From contig JBLKOQ010000004.1 of the NCBI GenBank assembly GCA_047602885.1, forward strand, positions 1-51,348: 51,348 bases of DNA, read 5' to 3'. Below are positions 1-8,886 of this stretch, piece by piece. The stretch's first letter is position 1. Each line of letters begins with the position of its first letter. The stretch comes from Candidatus Woesearchaeota archaeon (GTDB lineage: Archaea > Nanobdellota > Nanobdellia > Woesearchaeales > WAPJ01). The notes under the pieces were generated by a model, which did no database searches, had not been told where the DNA came from, and saw only the letters and a list, made by a program, of their open reading frames with translations. The translations under genes were made by a program, and so were the position numbers.

Positions 1-656
1 ATAAGGTCAATAACACTCCAAGGCTTCTCTGCAAACTTACGTATCGTTATAGTATTGCCTCGGGAGCTTATGGGACTAAGAGTTGCATTTACTCTGTCCC
101 CTGTCTTAAGGTGAGCGTCCATTAGAGGATTAAGCAGCGTTATCTCCTTGCCTATGTCTTTTCCTATCATAGTAGCATAGTATCTTACTCTTGCTTCATT
201 CTCGATCTTAATGTTGGTCTTTAGCCACCCATACTTCTTGTGGTATACCCATACGGGGTCTTCGGCATTATTGACTACAATTTCTTCCAGAAATGCATCT
301 TTTAACACTATTTCCAGTTCTCCTAGCCCGATATTTTGCTGTATAAGATAGGCTATTAGCAAGTCCATCGTCTCAGCATCTATGTTAGGAAAATATTTTG
401 CTATCAGCAATTGTATTTCCTGCTCAAACTTCTTTCTGATATCCTCTTCCTCTAGATCTTGTGTTGATGTTACTATAACATTTTTTGACACGAACTCATC
501 CCTTATCTTGTTGAGTATCAGCTGTGTGCCCCTGCTGATGTTTATCAGGCTTATTATATAGTGAGGCACTGTATCCTGACTGTCCCTTTTTATAGTTACA
601 TTAACTACTGTCTTGTTCAGTTTTATCTGATAATTGTCTAATAGTTCTTCAGCCAT
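1..656 (-). CDS. Type II/IV secretion-system ATPase (PilB/GspE/ArlI-FlaI family), N-terminal part; the 3' end runs off the window
   Basis: Not in the ORF track because it is open at the window edge. My reverse-strand translation from the ATG at 656-654 is stop-free to position 1: MAEELLDNYQIKLNKTVV...DPVWVYHKKYGWLKTNIKIENEARVRYYATMIGKDIGKEITLLNPLMDAHLKTGDRVNATLSPISSRGNTITIRKFAEKPWSVIDL. The block ending in RVNATLSP-SSRG-T-TIRKF is the conserved segment that precedes the Walker A in FlaI/PilB/VirB11-type ATPases. Confidence 0.8.
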   Translation of the reverse strand, partial: MAEELLDNYQIKLNKTVVNVTIKRDSQDTVPHYIISLINISRGTQLILNKIRDEFVSKNVIVTSTQDLEEEDIRKKFEQEIQLLIAKYFPNIDAETMDLLIAYLIQQNIGLGELEIVLKDAFLEEIVVNNAEDPVWVYHKKYGWLKTNIKIENEARVRYYATMIGKDIGKEITLLNPLMDAHLKTGDRVNATLSPISSRGNTITIRKFAEKPWSVIDL

Positions 657-662
657 TTGCTA

Positions 663-3191
663 TCACTTCGACCCGAGCATCTCTTTAAGTTTCATGATGC
701 TAGTTTTTACTTTTGTCTTATGCTTATCCTTATGGTTATTATTATCTGTCGTCTTTCTGGTCTCTATGCTTTCCCTAAGGTCAGGAAGATCCTCGTCTTT
801 CATAGGATCCTCCATCGCTGAGAGCATTAGCGCCGCGCTGACTGTTTTCTCAAATTCTGAGTCATTGTCGTTATCCTCTTTGTCCTCTTTGCTGTTTTTA
901 TCTCTCGTTTTCCCATATTCTTTTAAGGGACCTTTGCCCTCTTTTATGTCAACTGTTTCTTTCTCGTACTGATCGCTTCCTATACTTGGAGGAAGCTGTC
1001 TTTCAACGGATGACTGTTTGTTAACCACAGTGCTGTCTGATACAGCAGTAGTACTGCTCATTAATATGCTCTTAGCATAGTCTATCAGGTTTGTGTCTTC
1101 AGGGCTGTTTCTTGCAACGCTTATTATTGACTCTTTGATTCTGTCCTTAATCTGCTCGTTTGCATTACCTCCTCTAGTAGAAACCTCATATTCTTTTAAT
1201 AGCTTGAATAACTGTTCTTCCTCCTTAAGCTTTCGTATTTCCCTTTCTACGCTAGGGCTTTTCTGCCATATCTCCAATGGTATCTTAGGTGAAATACTGT
1301 CTATTCTTGATACTATTCCCGGAAGGCTTTGTATGTCATTTAGTGCAATATTATGATGAGCGTCTATTATGAGGCTTATTATCTGGCTGTACGCTTCCTG
1401 TACCGTTTTGCTGTTCCTTTCTATAAGACCCATATCCTTCATGTATATTATCTTCCTATAAAACTCAAATAGCATGCTCCTAATCTCTTTTCTCTTATCC
1501 ATAAAACCCGGCTTTAATGTATTATACAAATCTAACGCCTTAACATAAGACTGTTCGGCAAGCTCATATTCCTTCCGGTCCACATATCTTTCTCCCTCGC
1601 TTATTAGAGCCATTAACTGCGTACTGACTCTCATGAACTCATCCTTATAGTGAACTGATGATATGTCAGAAAGATTCTTGTATGAGTCTATAAGCTCATT
1701 TTGGAGTGCTGCCTTATCCGCAAAATAATAGTCTGATATCTCCTGAAGCATTATCTGTATCCTGTTATAGGTTTTTTGGGCTGATTCCACAGCCTTTTCT
1801 GCTATCTGCACGTTCAGTGATTCTATCTCTTTGCGTGTGTTGGTTATCCTGCTCTTGTTTTGTTCTACAAAAACTTCTTTGAAGAGCTTGCTAAGATCCT
1901 GAAAGTCAGACAATAATTGCAGGTGCGCCTCAGTCTTTTCAGGCACTAGTTCTGAGGGAAACCTTTGGAAAGCCATCTTAAGGCTATTATATGCTCTTTG
2001 AGACCTCTTCAAATCCCTCTGTTCAAGTCCTGCATAAAATTCTTTGTGCAATTCCTGTGATGCACTGTCATAATTGGATATCACTCGTTTTATGGTTTCC
2101 GAGCGCAAATCAGCTATCTGTTTTGTTGCCTGTGCAAGCCTTGCCTGCATTTCTTTTTTTTCTTCTTCATATCCTTCAGGCAGGTTTGAGAACAACCCCT
2201 GAATGTATCTTAGCGTGTATATTGCATCAGCCACTCTTCCATCTGTAATAATCTTGGCCAAGCTAGAGAAACCATCCATAATCTGCCCTCTGGCTTTTAT
2301 GTATCTGGAATTCTGTTCCGAGTCTCGTGCAAAAGTAAGGTCCTTGCTTATGTGGAACAAGCTCTTCTTAAGATTCTCTCGCTCCTCTTCAAACCTTTTG
2401 GGCAGTTCTTCCTTGTATAGCCTGTCAAGTTCCGCATAAAGCTTGTTGGCCTCCTCAATCTCCCCTTTTTTAAGGTGTTCTTTTATCTTCTTAGTAAGTT
2501 CATCGTGAGAATACAATGCTTTTTGTTGCCTTACAGCTGCTTCTTCTTTTGCAGGCATGTCTTTAGGCTGCTCCTTTACGGCTTCTTTTTCCCTGTACCT
2601 AGATAATGTACTTTTTGCATTTGATTGTGTTTGCAAAAGCGACTGGTATGCTATGTTTAGGTTTTTTAGAGCATTCCTGTTATTCTTTTTTGATGCCATT
2701 TCTTCAGCTTCCTTTAGCGCTGCATCGACTTTCTGGAGTTCTCTTCGAAACACGTCCACCTCCTGTAATGGCACGTTTTTGTCTTTCAATGCATCTATAA
2801 ACAATACTGCTTTGCTTGCAAGGCTTGACATAAATGATGATGCCTCTTTTGCTTTCTTGCTCTTTATCATCTTAGAGGCCTTATCCATTTCACTGTCTAT
2901 ATGAGCTATTAGGTCTTCCATGCTTCTCTTGAGGAGCTCTTCATTTTCATTACTCTGCATCCTCGATTGTCTCTTCTTTGAAAGGCTTATGTACGGAGTG
3001 GTAAACTTATAGTTTATTACTACATCTCCGGTCTCTTCAAGAAACTGGACCCAAGATTCCAGTACCTTTTCGCTAACACCCAACTCTTTTGCAGCATTAG
3101 GAAAAGTCATCTCAGGATTGTCCTTTAGTGCTTCTAACAGCCTATCAACTGAAGTACTCACAGAAGCATTGCTATTAGGTTGGATGCCCAC
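663..3191 (-). CDS. 842-aa cytoplasmic protein: N-terminal winged-helix-like segment, then a long K/E-rich helical-repeat region; function unknown
   Basis: Long ORF with a GTG start at 3191. The N-terminus (VDRLLEALKDNPEMTFPNAAKELGVSEKVLESWVQFLEETGDVVINY) looks like a wHTH. About six loose repeats of A-x3-Y-x2-L-x3-(F/Y)-x2-(L/F)-P follow, e.g. ANKLYAELDRLYKEELP, DAIYTLRYIQGLFSNLP, RAYNSLKMAFQRFP, QSYVKALDLYNTLKP. It ends 6 nt before the ATPase start. Confidence 0.7.
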   Translation of the reverse strand: MGIQPNSNASVSTSVDRLLEALKDNPEMTFPNAAKELGVSEKVLESWVQFLEETGDVVINYKFTTPYISLSKKRQSRMQSNENEELLKRSMEDLIAHIDSEMDKASKMIKSKKAKEASSFMSSLASKAVLFIDALKDKNVPLQEVDVFRRELQKVDAALKEAEEMASKKNNRNALKNLNIAYQSLLQTQSNAKSTLSRYREKEAVKEQPKDMPAKEEAAVRQQKALYSHDELTKKIKEHLKKGEIEEANKLYAELDRLYKEELPKRFEEERENLKKSLFHISKDLTFARDSEQNSRYIKARGQIMDGFSSLAKIITDGRVADAIYTLRYIQGLFSNLPEGYEEEKKEMQARLAQATKQIADLRSETIKRVISNYDSASQELHKEFYAGLEQRDLKRSQRAYNSLKMAFQRFPSELVPEKTEAHLQLLSDFQDLSKLFKEVFVEQNKSRITNTRKEIESLNVQIAEKAVESAQKTYNRIQIMLQEISDYYFADKAALQNELIDSYKNLSDISSVHYKDEFMRVSTQLMALISEGERYVDRKEYELAEQSYVKALDLYNTLKPGFMDKRKEIRSMLFEFYRKIIYMKDMGLIERNSKTVQEAYSQIISLIIDAHHNIALNDIQSLPGIVSRIDSISPKIPLEIWQKSPSVEREIRKLKEEEQLFKLLKEYEVSTRGGNANEQIKDRIKESIISVARNSPEDTNLIDYAKSILMSSTTAVSDSTVVNKQSSVERQLPPSIGSDQYEKETVDIKEGKGPLKEYGKTRDKNSKEDKEDNDNDSEFEKTVSAALMLSAMEDPMKDEDLPDLRESIETRKTTDNNNHKDKHKTKVKTSIMKLKEMLGSK

Positions 3192-3280
3192 TCTTATTCA
3201 CTCTAACTTTATTTTTATAATATCTCTTCAGAAGAACACTATTAAATGTTTTGTTACTATTTTATAATCGCAATATAAAG

Positions 3281-3775
3281 TCATGGCATTTCAGGAAGAA
3301 TGCATTCTATTGCATCTCCTCCCCCAATAGTATACTCTGCTCTTTCACTGCCAAATATTGCAGGCGCCTGCGTTAGACTACCAGTACCAGTATTGTCATC
3401 AACCATTAGTATTATCAGATTCCCTTCCTGGTCTTCTAAATAAATACAGAAATCGTCTCTTATCCCAAGCTCCAGTTTCATAGCATTATAAGCATTTCTT
3501 CTATCATCGCCAGGAGCCGCATACATGAGACGCTCAATGTACTTTGCGATTTTCTTGTCATCAAGCATTCCCTCTGCTATTATGCCCTGTTCAGGACCGT
3601 CTATGCTTAAGAGGTTTTGGCTTGCAATATTTGCTTCTTGCACCAGTGTCCTCTGTATTCCGTCCTGACTGATATTATAGTAGTATATGACTGCTATTAT
3701 TAGGATTACTACGAATAGTGCTGTTGCGGTTATCGCATCAAAACTGAATGATTGTCCTCTCCTCGCTTTTCTCAT
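3281..3775 (-). CDS. Type IV pilin-like protein (class III signal peptide)
   Basis: N-terminus MRKARRGQSFSFDAITATALFVVILIIAVIYY has a basic leader, G|Q and a hydrophobic helix. It lies in a run of pilin-like genes upstream of the ATPase. Confidence 0.7.
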   Translation of the reverse strand: MRKARRGQSFSFDAITATALFVVILIIAVIYYYNISQDGIQRTLVQEANIASQNLLSIDGPEQGIIAEGMLDDKKIAKYIERLMYAAPGDDRRNAYNAMKLELGIRDDFCIYLEDQEGNLIILMVDDNTGTGSLTQAPAIFGSERAEYTIGGGDAIECILPEMP

Positions 3776-3791
3776 AATAGTCTCCCTTGTC

Positions 3792-4982
3792 TTAGCACGA
3801 TATTGTCTCTAAATGACTTGCTGTGGCTCCCGCCTGGGGATGCCCAGCATTTTCTACTTTTACTTTGAACCCGAACTGGTTGTAAGCCGGACACATATCT
3901 ATATCAGGGGGCATCGAATACTTAAAGCTTATGGTATGAGTCCCTGGATTAAGGTTGGTAGCATAGCACCCTGAATCACATGACAAGAAACCGGCATTCT
4001 TACCCTCTGCTATGAATGTTATGTTAAAGCTATTATCATCTCTGTCATAATCGTCAAATTCTACAGTAGCTATAAACTCTTCACTATCAGGATGACTACT
4101 ACTCTGCGGGCTTACTGATTGTATTATTATGTAAGGAGGACTGTCAACTATTGGTACAGATTCAGACTCTGCTCTAGTTCCTACTCCAGCTTCAATGATG
4201 CACGATATATTATGTCCTCTAAAATGATTATCCAAATCATCTCGAATATGCACTGCATCAGTATAATGTATTCCGTTGATAGCATCTGATCCATGGACAT
4301 GTGACAATGTCAGAGTAGTAATACCTGTAGTAGTGGTACTTCCGCTTGAATCTGTCAGCTCATAAGATAACCTTACACTCAAATCATCATTTGGATTCGC
4401 ATTGACTATTCCATACTCGCACTTAACAGTGCTATTCACATTCAGAGGGCTTATGGGATTGTCTTCTTTCACTATATTTGCATAAGCTACTATGGGTCCG
4501 ATAGAATCAGGTAATCTAGCGTCAATGAGGCCGCTAATGTTTTCAGGTATTATCAAGATTGCATGCTCAGTCTTTATGATAGTATTATTGCCATTATGCA
4601 ATGCTCCCATAACATCATTTCCCAACAATATGTTACGTCCAACCGTAGTATCATCAGCTCTTCTCAAAACCACTCTGCCTTCAGCCGGACTGAGTATTAC
4701 CCCTGTCAATCCAGTAGGAGGATAATATACTTCCACATTCTTAAAGTCTGCAATATATGGTAAGAAAAAAGTCCTCCTGTATCCTGGCTCTGCTGCTCTT
4801 GCCATTTGCAGTTCAGACATTATCATTTCAGCTACCTGAATTGCAACCTCGTTGTCCTTCTCATTAACAGTATTAAGGAATTGCATCATAAAAAAGCCCA
4901 TTCCTATAACGAGGAATAATACCATCCATCCTGTAAGGCTTACTGCTTCTATAGAGACCTGGCCTTTCTTTGTAAATGCCAT
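3792..4982 (-). CDS. Large type IV pilin-like protein (396 aa) with a beta-rich ectodomain
   Basis: N-terminus MAFTKKGQVSIEAVSLTGWMVLFLVIGMGFF contains the KGQ-S-E class III signal motif. The remainder is Thr/Ser/Asn-rich and beta-like. Confidence 0.7.
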   Translation of the reverse strand: MAFTKKGQVSIEAVSLTGWMVLFLVIGMGFFMMQFLNTVNEKDNEVAIQVAEMIMSELQMARAAEPGYRRTFFLPYIADFKNVEVYYPPTGLTGVILSPAEGRVVLRRADDTTVGRNILLGNDVMGALHNGNNTIIKTEHAILIIPENISGLIDARLPDSIGPIVAYANIVKEDNPISPLNVNSTVKCEYGIVNANPNDDLSVRLSYELTDSSGSTTTTGITTLTLSHVHGSDAINGIHYTDAVHIRDDLDNHFRGHNISCIIEAGVGTRAESESVPIVDSPPYIIIQSVSPQSSSHPDSEEFIATVEFDDYDRDDNSFNITFIAEGKNAGFLSCDSGCYATNLNPGTHTISFKYSMPPDIDMCPAYNQFGFKVKVENAGHPQAGATASHLETISC

Positions 4983-4989
4983 AATACCA

Positions 4990-5463
4990 TCATGTAATGT
5001 TCAAGTGCACGTAAAGATTCCTGTTAGAATCTTCCATAGTCGTAAATATCATTGTTCTTCTCCCAGGACCCCATGCTACATTATCAGTGTCCAATGATAC
5101 ATTCACTGGAACGTGAAATCCTATGGATGAAACTCCATCATACCTATATCCTCGAGTATAAAGAACATACTCTCCTCCAATAAACCGACCTGCATCGTAT
5201 AACGGGTAATAAGTAATGTTAATTAGTATTCCTGGAACCTGTTCTTCTATAGTGCTCTTGGAGCCTTTTCCACCATAATATACTTGTTGTGTTTCTATAG
5301 CAAGTCTTGACCCCAACCTTAGTATCTGGTTTGATTCTACCTCCCTAGTCTGGGTATTAGAATATTGTACGAAGGCCAGTATTGCAGGCACTATTACTAT
5401 TAGCATCATGCCACTTACCATTAAGTACTCAACTGATGCCTGACCTCTTGTTTTCTTCTTCAT
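4990..5463 (-). CDS. Type IV pilin-like protein (class III signal peptide, Q-x-S-x-EY type)
   Basis: MKKKTRGQASVEYLMVSGMMLIVIVPAILAF. I prefer the internal ATG at 5463 (M20 of the tracked ORF 4990..5520). It places the basic leader at the N-terminus and sits downstream of the TATA-like TTTATAATA, read on the - strand at 5521-5529. Confidence 0.7.
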   Translation of the reverse strand: MKKKTRGQASVEYLMVSGMMLIVIVPAILAFVQYSNTQTREVESNQILRLGSRLAIETQQVYYGGKGSKSTIEEQVPGILINITYYPLYDAGRFIGGEYVLYTRGYRYDGVSSIGFHVPVNVSLDTDNVAWGPGRRTMIFTTMEDSNRNLYVHLNIT

Positions 5464-5591
5464 AGTAGTATCACTATATATGGTTCTTGCAATTACCTCA
5501 TCATTATTATCATAGTTCATTATTATAAATCTTTGCGTATTATTATCATGAAACCAATATGTTTTTATGTTAGTAACATAACATTACTATT

Positions 5592-6119
5592 ATGCCAGAC
5601 AATAATAAAACAGACAATACCAATGAATGCTTGTTTTGCAGCATTGCCAATAAACAAACAGACTCTATCATTATAAGCGAAACTGATAAGTCCATTGCAT
5701 TTCTTGATATTAAGCCAGCTTCTCCCGGACACGCAATAATTATTCCTAAGAACCACTATCAAATAATGCAGCAGATGAGCGATGAGGACATATCAGAATT
5801 GTTTGTTCATACACAAACTATTAGCCATTCTATGCTTATAGGATTGTCTAAAGAAGGCTATAATGGAACAAGCATACTAGTATGTCAAGGCCAGACTGCA
5901 GGCCAAAAAGCATCCCATCTCATGATTCATATTATACCACAAAAAGATGAGAGCCGCATACTGAAGTGGGAGTCCTACAAAGAGGATGAGCAGAAAGTAT
6001 ATGATACTGCTCGAGTATTAAGGAATATTGTACATGGCAAAACCGGAAACGGGCGAAAGGAAGATACTGATAACAATGATCTTGACACTTTAACAAAATC
6101 TTTAGGAGGTCAAAAATAA
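5592..6119 (+). CDS. HIT-family protein with a degenerate histidine triad (H-L-M-I-H)
   Basis: CLFCSI...AFLDIKPASPGHAIIIPKNH...GQKASHLMIHIIPQ shows the HIT fold signature, but the middle His of H-x-H-x-H is Met. Confidence 0.85.
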   Translation: MPDNNKTDNTNECLFCSIANKQTDSIIISETDKSIAFLDIKPASPGHAIIIPKNHYQIMQQMSDEDISELFVHTQTISHSMLIGLSKEGYNGTSILVCQGQTAGQKASHLMIHIIPQKDESRILKWESYKEDEQKVYDTARVLRNIVHGKTGNGRKEDTDNNDLDTLTKSLGGQK

Positions 6120-6721
6120 TGGTTAGCTGTGCCTATTGTGACTTAAAGAAAATACCTGATGCCATTATTATTGAAGGAAAACACTGTTATGCAGCTCCCA
6201 ATCCTTTTCCTACCATAACCGGAGAAATCCTAATAGTTCCAAAGAACCATTATACCATATTCGAGCAGATTCCAGCAATAGAACTGCATGAGATGGGAAT
6301 ACTTTCAAAATATTTGGGTGCAGCACTTTTTGAGGCCTTCTCTTGTACAGGCACTAATATAATGATAAGCAATGGTACTAGTTCAGGGCAGTTAGTAGCA
6401 CATACTGCTATCAGGATTATTCCAAGAAAGGATATTGGAGAGTTAGATACCGGTTGGGAGCCTGTCTCTATATCTTTAGAGGTACTAAACAAATATGCTA
6501 CAACCATTAGGGGAGCATTAGAGAGCATAAATAGCAATATTCTTCCTGAAAAGAATAATGAAACAAAAACTGTTGCTCCCAATACTAAGACTATCGATAC
6601 TGCCAATGAGGAGCTTAATGACAATGAAAACAGCGATGACAGTTCCAAGCCTCCTGAAAATAAGAAGAGACAATGGGAAGACGCCGATTACATGGTTAGG
6701 CAACTGTTCAGAAAACCATAA
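6119..6721 (+). CDS. HIT-like protein with a strongly degenerate triad (H-T-A-I-R) and an acidic/Lys-rich C-terminal tail
   Basis: CAYCDL...GEILIVPKNH...GQLVAHTAIRIIPRKD. Its start overlaps the upstream stop by 1 nt (TAATG). Confidence 0.75.
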   Translation: MVSCAYCDLKKIPDAIIIEGKHCYAAPNPFPTITGEILIVPKNHYTIFEQIPAIELHEMGILSKYLGAALFEAFSCTGTNIMISNGTSSGQLVAHTAIRIIPRKDIGELDTGWEPVSISLEVLNKYATTIRGALESINSNILPEKNNETKTVAPNTKTIDTANEELNDNENSDDSSKPPENKKRQWEDADYMVRQLFRKP

Positions 6722-7213
6722 TTATCCTGTCCTTCTCTTTATTACTTCCAGTCTTCCTTCAGTGCATATCCTTAGTGCTCCAGAATGAGTGTAATGAGGT
6801 GTTATTACTATCCTTCTAATTTCTCCATATACATCAGTATCATAATTCTCTATGGTAATCCATCGGCTAACCGCCGGAGAAATAGACTGCATCTTCTTTT
6901 CTACAACCAAATTTTCTCGCGTACCTTCAACAACATAGGTTATAGCCTCTACGGGATTAGGGCCTTCATTATACACGTTTACTCGCACACCACTACTGTC
7001 AACATCATAAACATAGTCTCCTGCCCTGTCAGGCGTACTTGATAAGCTCACAAATCTTGAACAGCCCTGCAATGCTGTATCATCAACCAATAGTATAAAA
7101 TAAGTGTAGACTACTGATCCTAGGGCTACAGCGAAGGCTATAAGCAGTATGGTAGCTATAAGGGGGCTTATACCCTTGCGGCTCGCAAAAACGCTGTTCT
7201 TCTTCATACTCAT
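6722..7213 (-). CDS. Archaeal pilin/flagellin N-terminal-like protein (DUF1628-type)
   Basis: MSMKKNSVFASRKGISPLIATILLIAFAVALGSVVYTYF: RKG followed by the I-S-P-L-I-A-T-I-L-L-I-A hydrophobic helix typical of archaeal type IV pilin-like proteins. Confidence 0.7.
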   Translation of the reverse strand: MSMKKNSVFASRKGISPLIATILLIAFAVALGSVVYTYFILLVDDTALQGCSRFVSLSSTPDRAGDYVYDVDSSGVRVNVYNEGPNPVEAITYVVEGTRENLVVEKKMQSISPAVSRWITIENYDTDVYGEIRRIVITPHYTHSGALRICTEGRLEVIKRRTG

Positions 7214-7238
7214 GTTAACCTACATCCACCACTTATTT

Positions 7239-8753
7239 TTAAACTTTGTTGTGTGCTATCTTTGATTCGAATCTTCTCTTCTGATATTCCTGCTCTGACT
7301 TTACTGATACTATGCTGGCGAATAATGTTGCCGTTATAATATACAATATTGTAGCTGCAAGGAATGCGGTCCAAAATTCTCCTGTAAAATGTCTCAGTCC
7401 AAATAGCAATATTATAGTAAGGGCTGTTCCTATCCCTGTAGATGATCCAAGCTTCCTAGAAAACTCTTCCCTGTCATCATGCTGCAAAAGCTCTCTTGTT
7501 ATTCGACTGTATGCTATTCCTGCTATACTGGCCCCTGTTATGCCAATTATTAGATAGAACAATGGCAAAAATGACATAGTATGGCCCGGCACCATGAGCC
7601 CTACAGACTCTAATGCTCTAAGCATTATGGCTGACAATGACTCATTAGTACTTATTGCAAATAATAACGGCAGGAATATTGCAAGCCCTGTTCCTAACAA
7701 CAAAATATAGCTTTTTCCTGATTTTTTTATTGAGCTCTTGTCAAAGAATAGGGGGCTTAAGAATGCTGCAAGGAGTGTTGCTGCTAGCAGTAATCCTACA
7801 AACGTGAAACTTTTATATGTTTCGTATAAGTATAATCCTAGTATGTAATTGAAGCTGGTCTGCAAAGAAAAGAACAATATTCCTGCTATCAGCAAACTAG
7901 TAATAAAAGGGTCCCTGCTTAACGCTTTGTGATGATACTCCGTTTCATGCTCTTGCGCTGATTCTGGCAATGCTCTTTTTAGGCTACTCTGCAGATAAGA
8001 TGATATTATTATGAGTATTCCTGCCATAAAAAATAATATTGCATAACCATATATCTGTACTGTCATCCCTCCTATTACCAGTTGGCTGGACATTTGCATA
8101 GTATCTATTATTATTCCTGCAAGTACCATTACTATGGCTGTTAATGGTAGTCCGTAATATGATATCCATTTAAGATAGTGGCTCTTCTTGTCTCTGGGCA
8201 TCGCTTCGTATGATATTCTTACAGAACCACTCATGTATAGGCTGCCTAACACCCCTATTCCCAAGAAGACCAATGTATATGCAATATAACTATTAAAAGT
8301 GACTGCACATGCTGCAAAAATGAACATGTATCCTAATAGGGCACCATACCAGTATGTTTTATCCTTAAGTTTGGTAAAGCTATCCTTCTTGCCTGCCCTC
8401 TCCTCAACCCAGTATACTATGTATGACCTTAATGCCAAGAACAATCCAATAAACAGATATGAAGGCAACAATATATAGTATAGTATGTTAATGAACTGCA
8501 GGTTTCCTATACCAAAGCTTATTTTGTCTAAAGTTTCTTTGCTTCCTAATATCTTATTGTTCTTTTTTACTATCGCCTTCTTTAGATTTGATGACTTCTT
8601 GTCAAAATCTTTTAATGTATCAGCGCTTTTGCCCCCTCCATACTTTGAGTCTATGCTTTTACGAACTTCGGATAGCTCAACATGGTCATCCAAGAGCTTT
8701 CTTGTTTCAGTATGCACCTCTACATCATCGCTTCTTTTTGGGTAAAATACCAT
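7239..8753 (-). CDS. Polytopic membrane protein (about 12 predicted TM segments, possible transporter) with a ~90-aa cytoplasmic N-domain
   Basis: Long ORF with many hydrophobic segments. The tracked start at 8786 is TTG; the first ATG is at 8753. No family assigned. Confidence 0.6.
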   Translation of the reverse strand: MVFYPKRSDDVEVHTETRKLLDDHVELSEVRKSIDSKYGGGKSADTLKDFDKKSSNLKKAIVKKNNKILGSKETLDKISFGIGNLQFINILYYILLPSYLFIGLFLALRSYIVYWVEERAGKKDSFTKLKDKTYWYGALLGYMFIFAACAVTFNSYIAYTLVFLGIGVLGSLYMSGSVRISYEAMPRDKKSHYLKWISYYGLPLTAIVMVLAGIIIDTMQMSSQLVIGGMTVQIYGYAILFFMAGILIIISSYLQSSLKRALPESAQEHETEYHHKALSRDPFITSLLIAGILFFSLQTSFNYILGLYLYETYKSFTFVGLLLAATLLAAFLSPLFFDKSSIKKSGKSYILLLGTGLAIFLPLLFAISTNESLSAIMLRALESVGLMVPGHTMSFLPLFYLIIGITGASIAGIAYSRITRELLQHDDREEFSRKLGSSTGIGTALTIILLFGLRHFTGEFWTAFLAATILYIITATLFASIVSVKSEQEYQKRRFESKIAHNKV

Positions 8754-8886
8754 CTTGGAACTGCCCTCTACGAATCTTTTTATCAATGACTGGTTTATAA
8801 TGCTTTTCTTTACTAGTACACATCTCTACATACGATTTAGAAAACTTTTTATAGGGTTCGCTTATTAATTGTATAAAGGGGTTTAT

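Noticed and set aside
634-3191. Several + strand ORFs (634-972, 1093-1356, 1991-2248, 2203-2439, 2557-2904, 2606-2800) inside the 842-aa gene
   Set aside because: They are antisense to a long, repeat-structured K/E-rich ORF. Their translations are Ser/Leu/Phe-rich low-complexity strings, as expected from the complement of AAG/GAA-rich codons. They have no start context or motifs.
5565-5762. 65-aa - strand ORF overlapping the HIT gene start
   Set aside because: It is antisense to a well-supported HIT ORF and spans the divergent promoter. No motifs.
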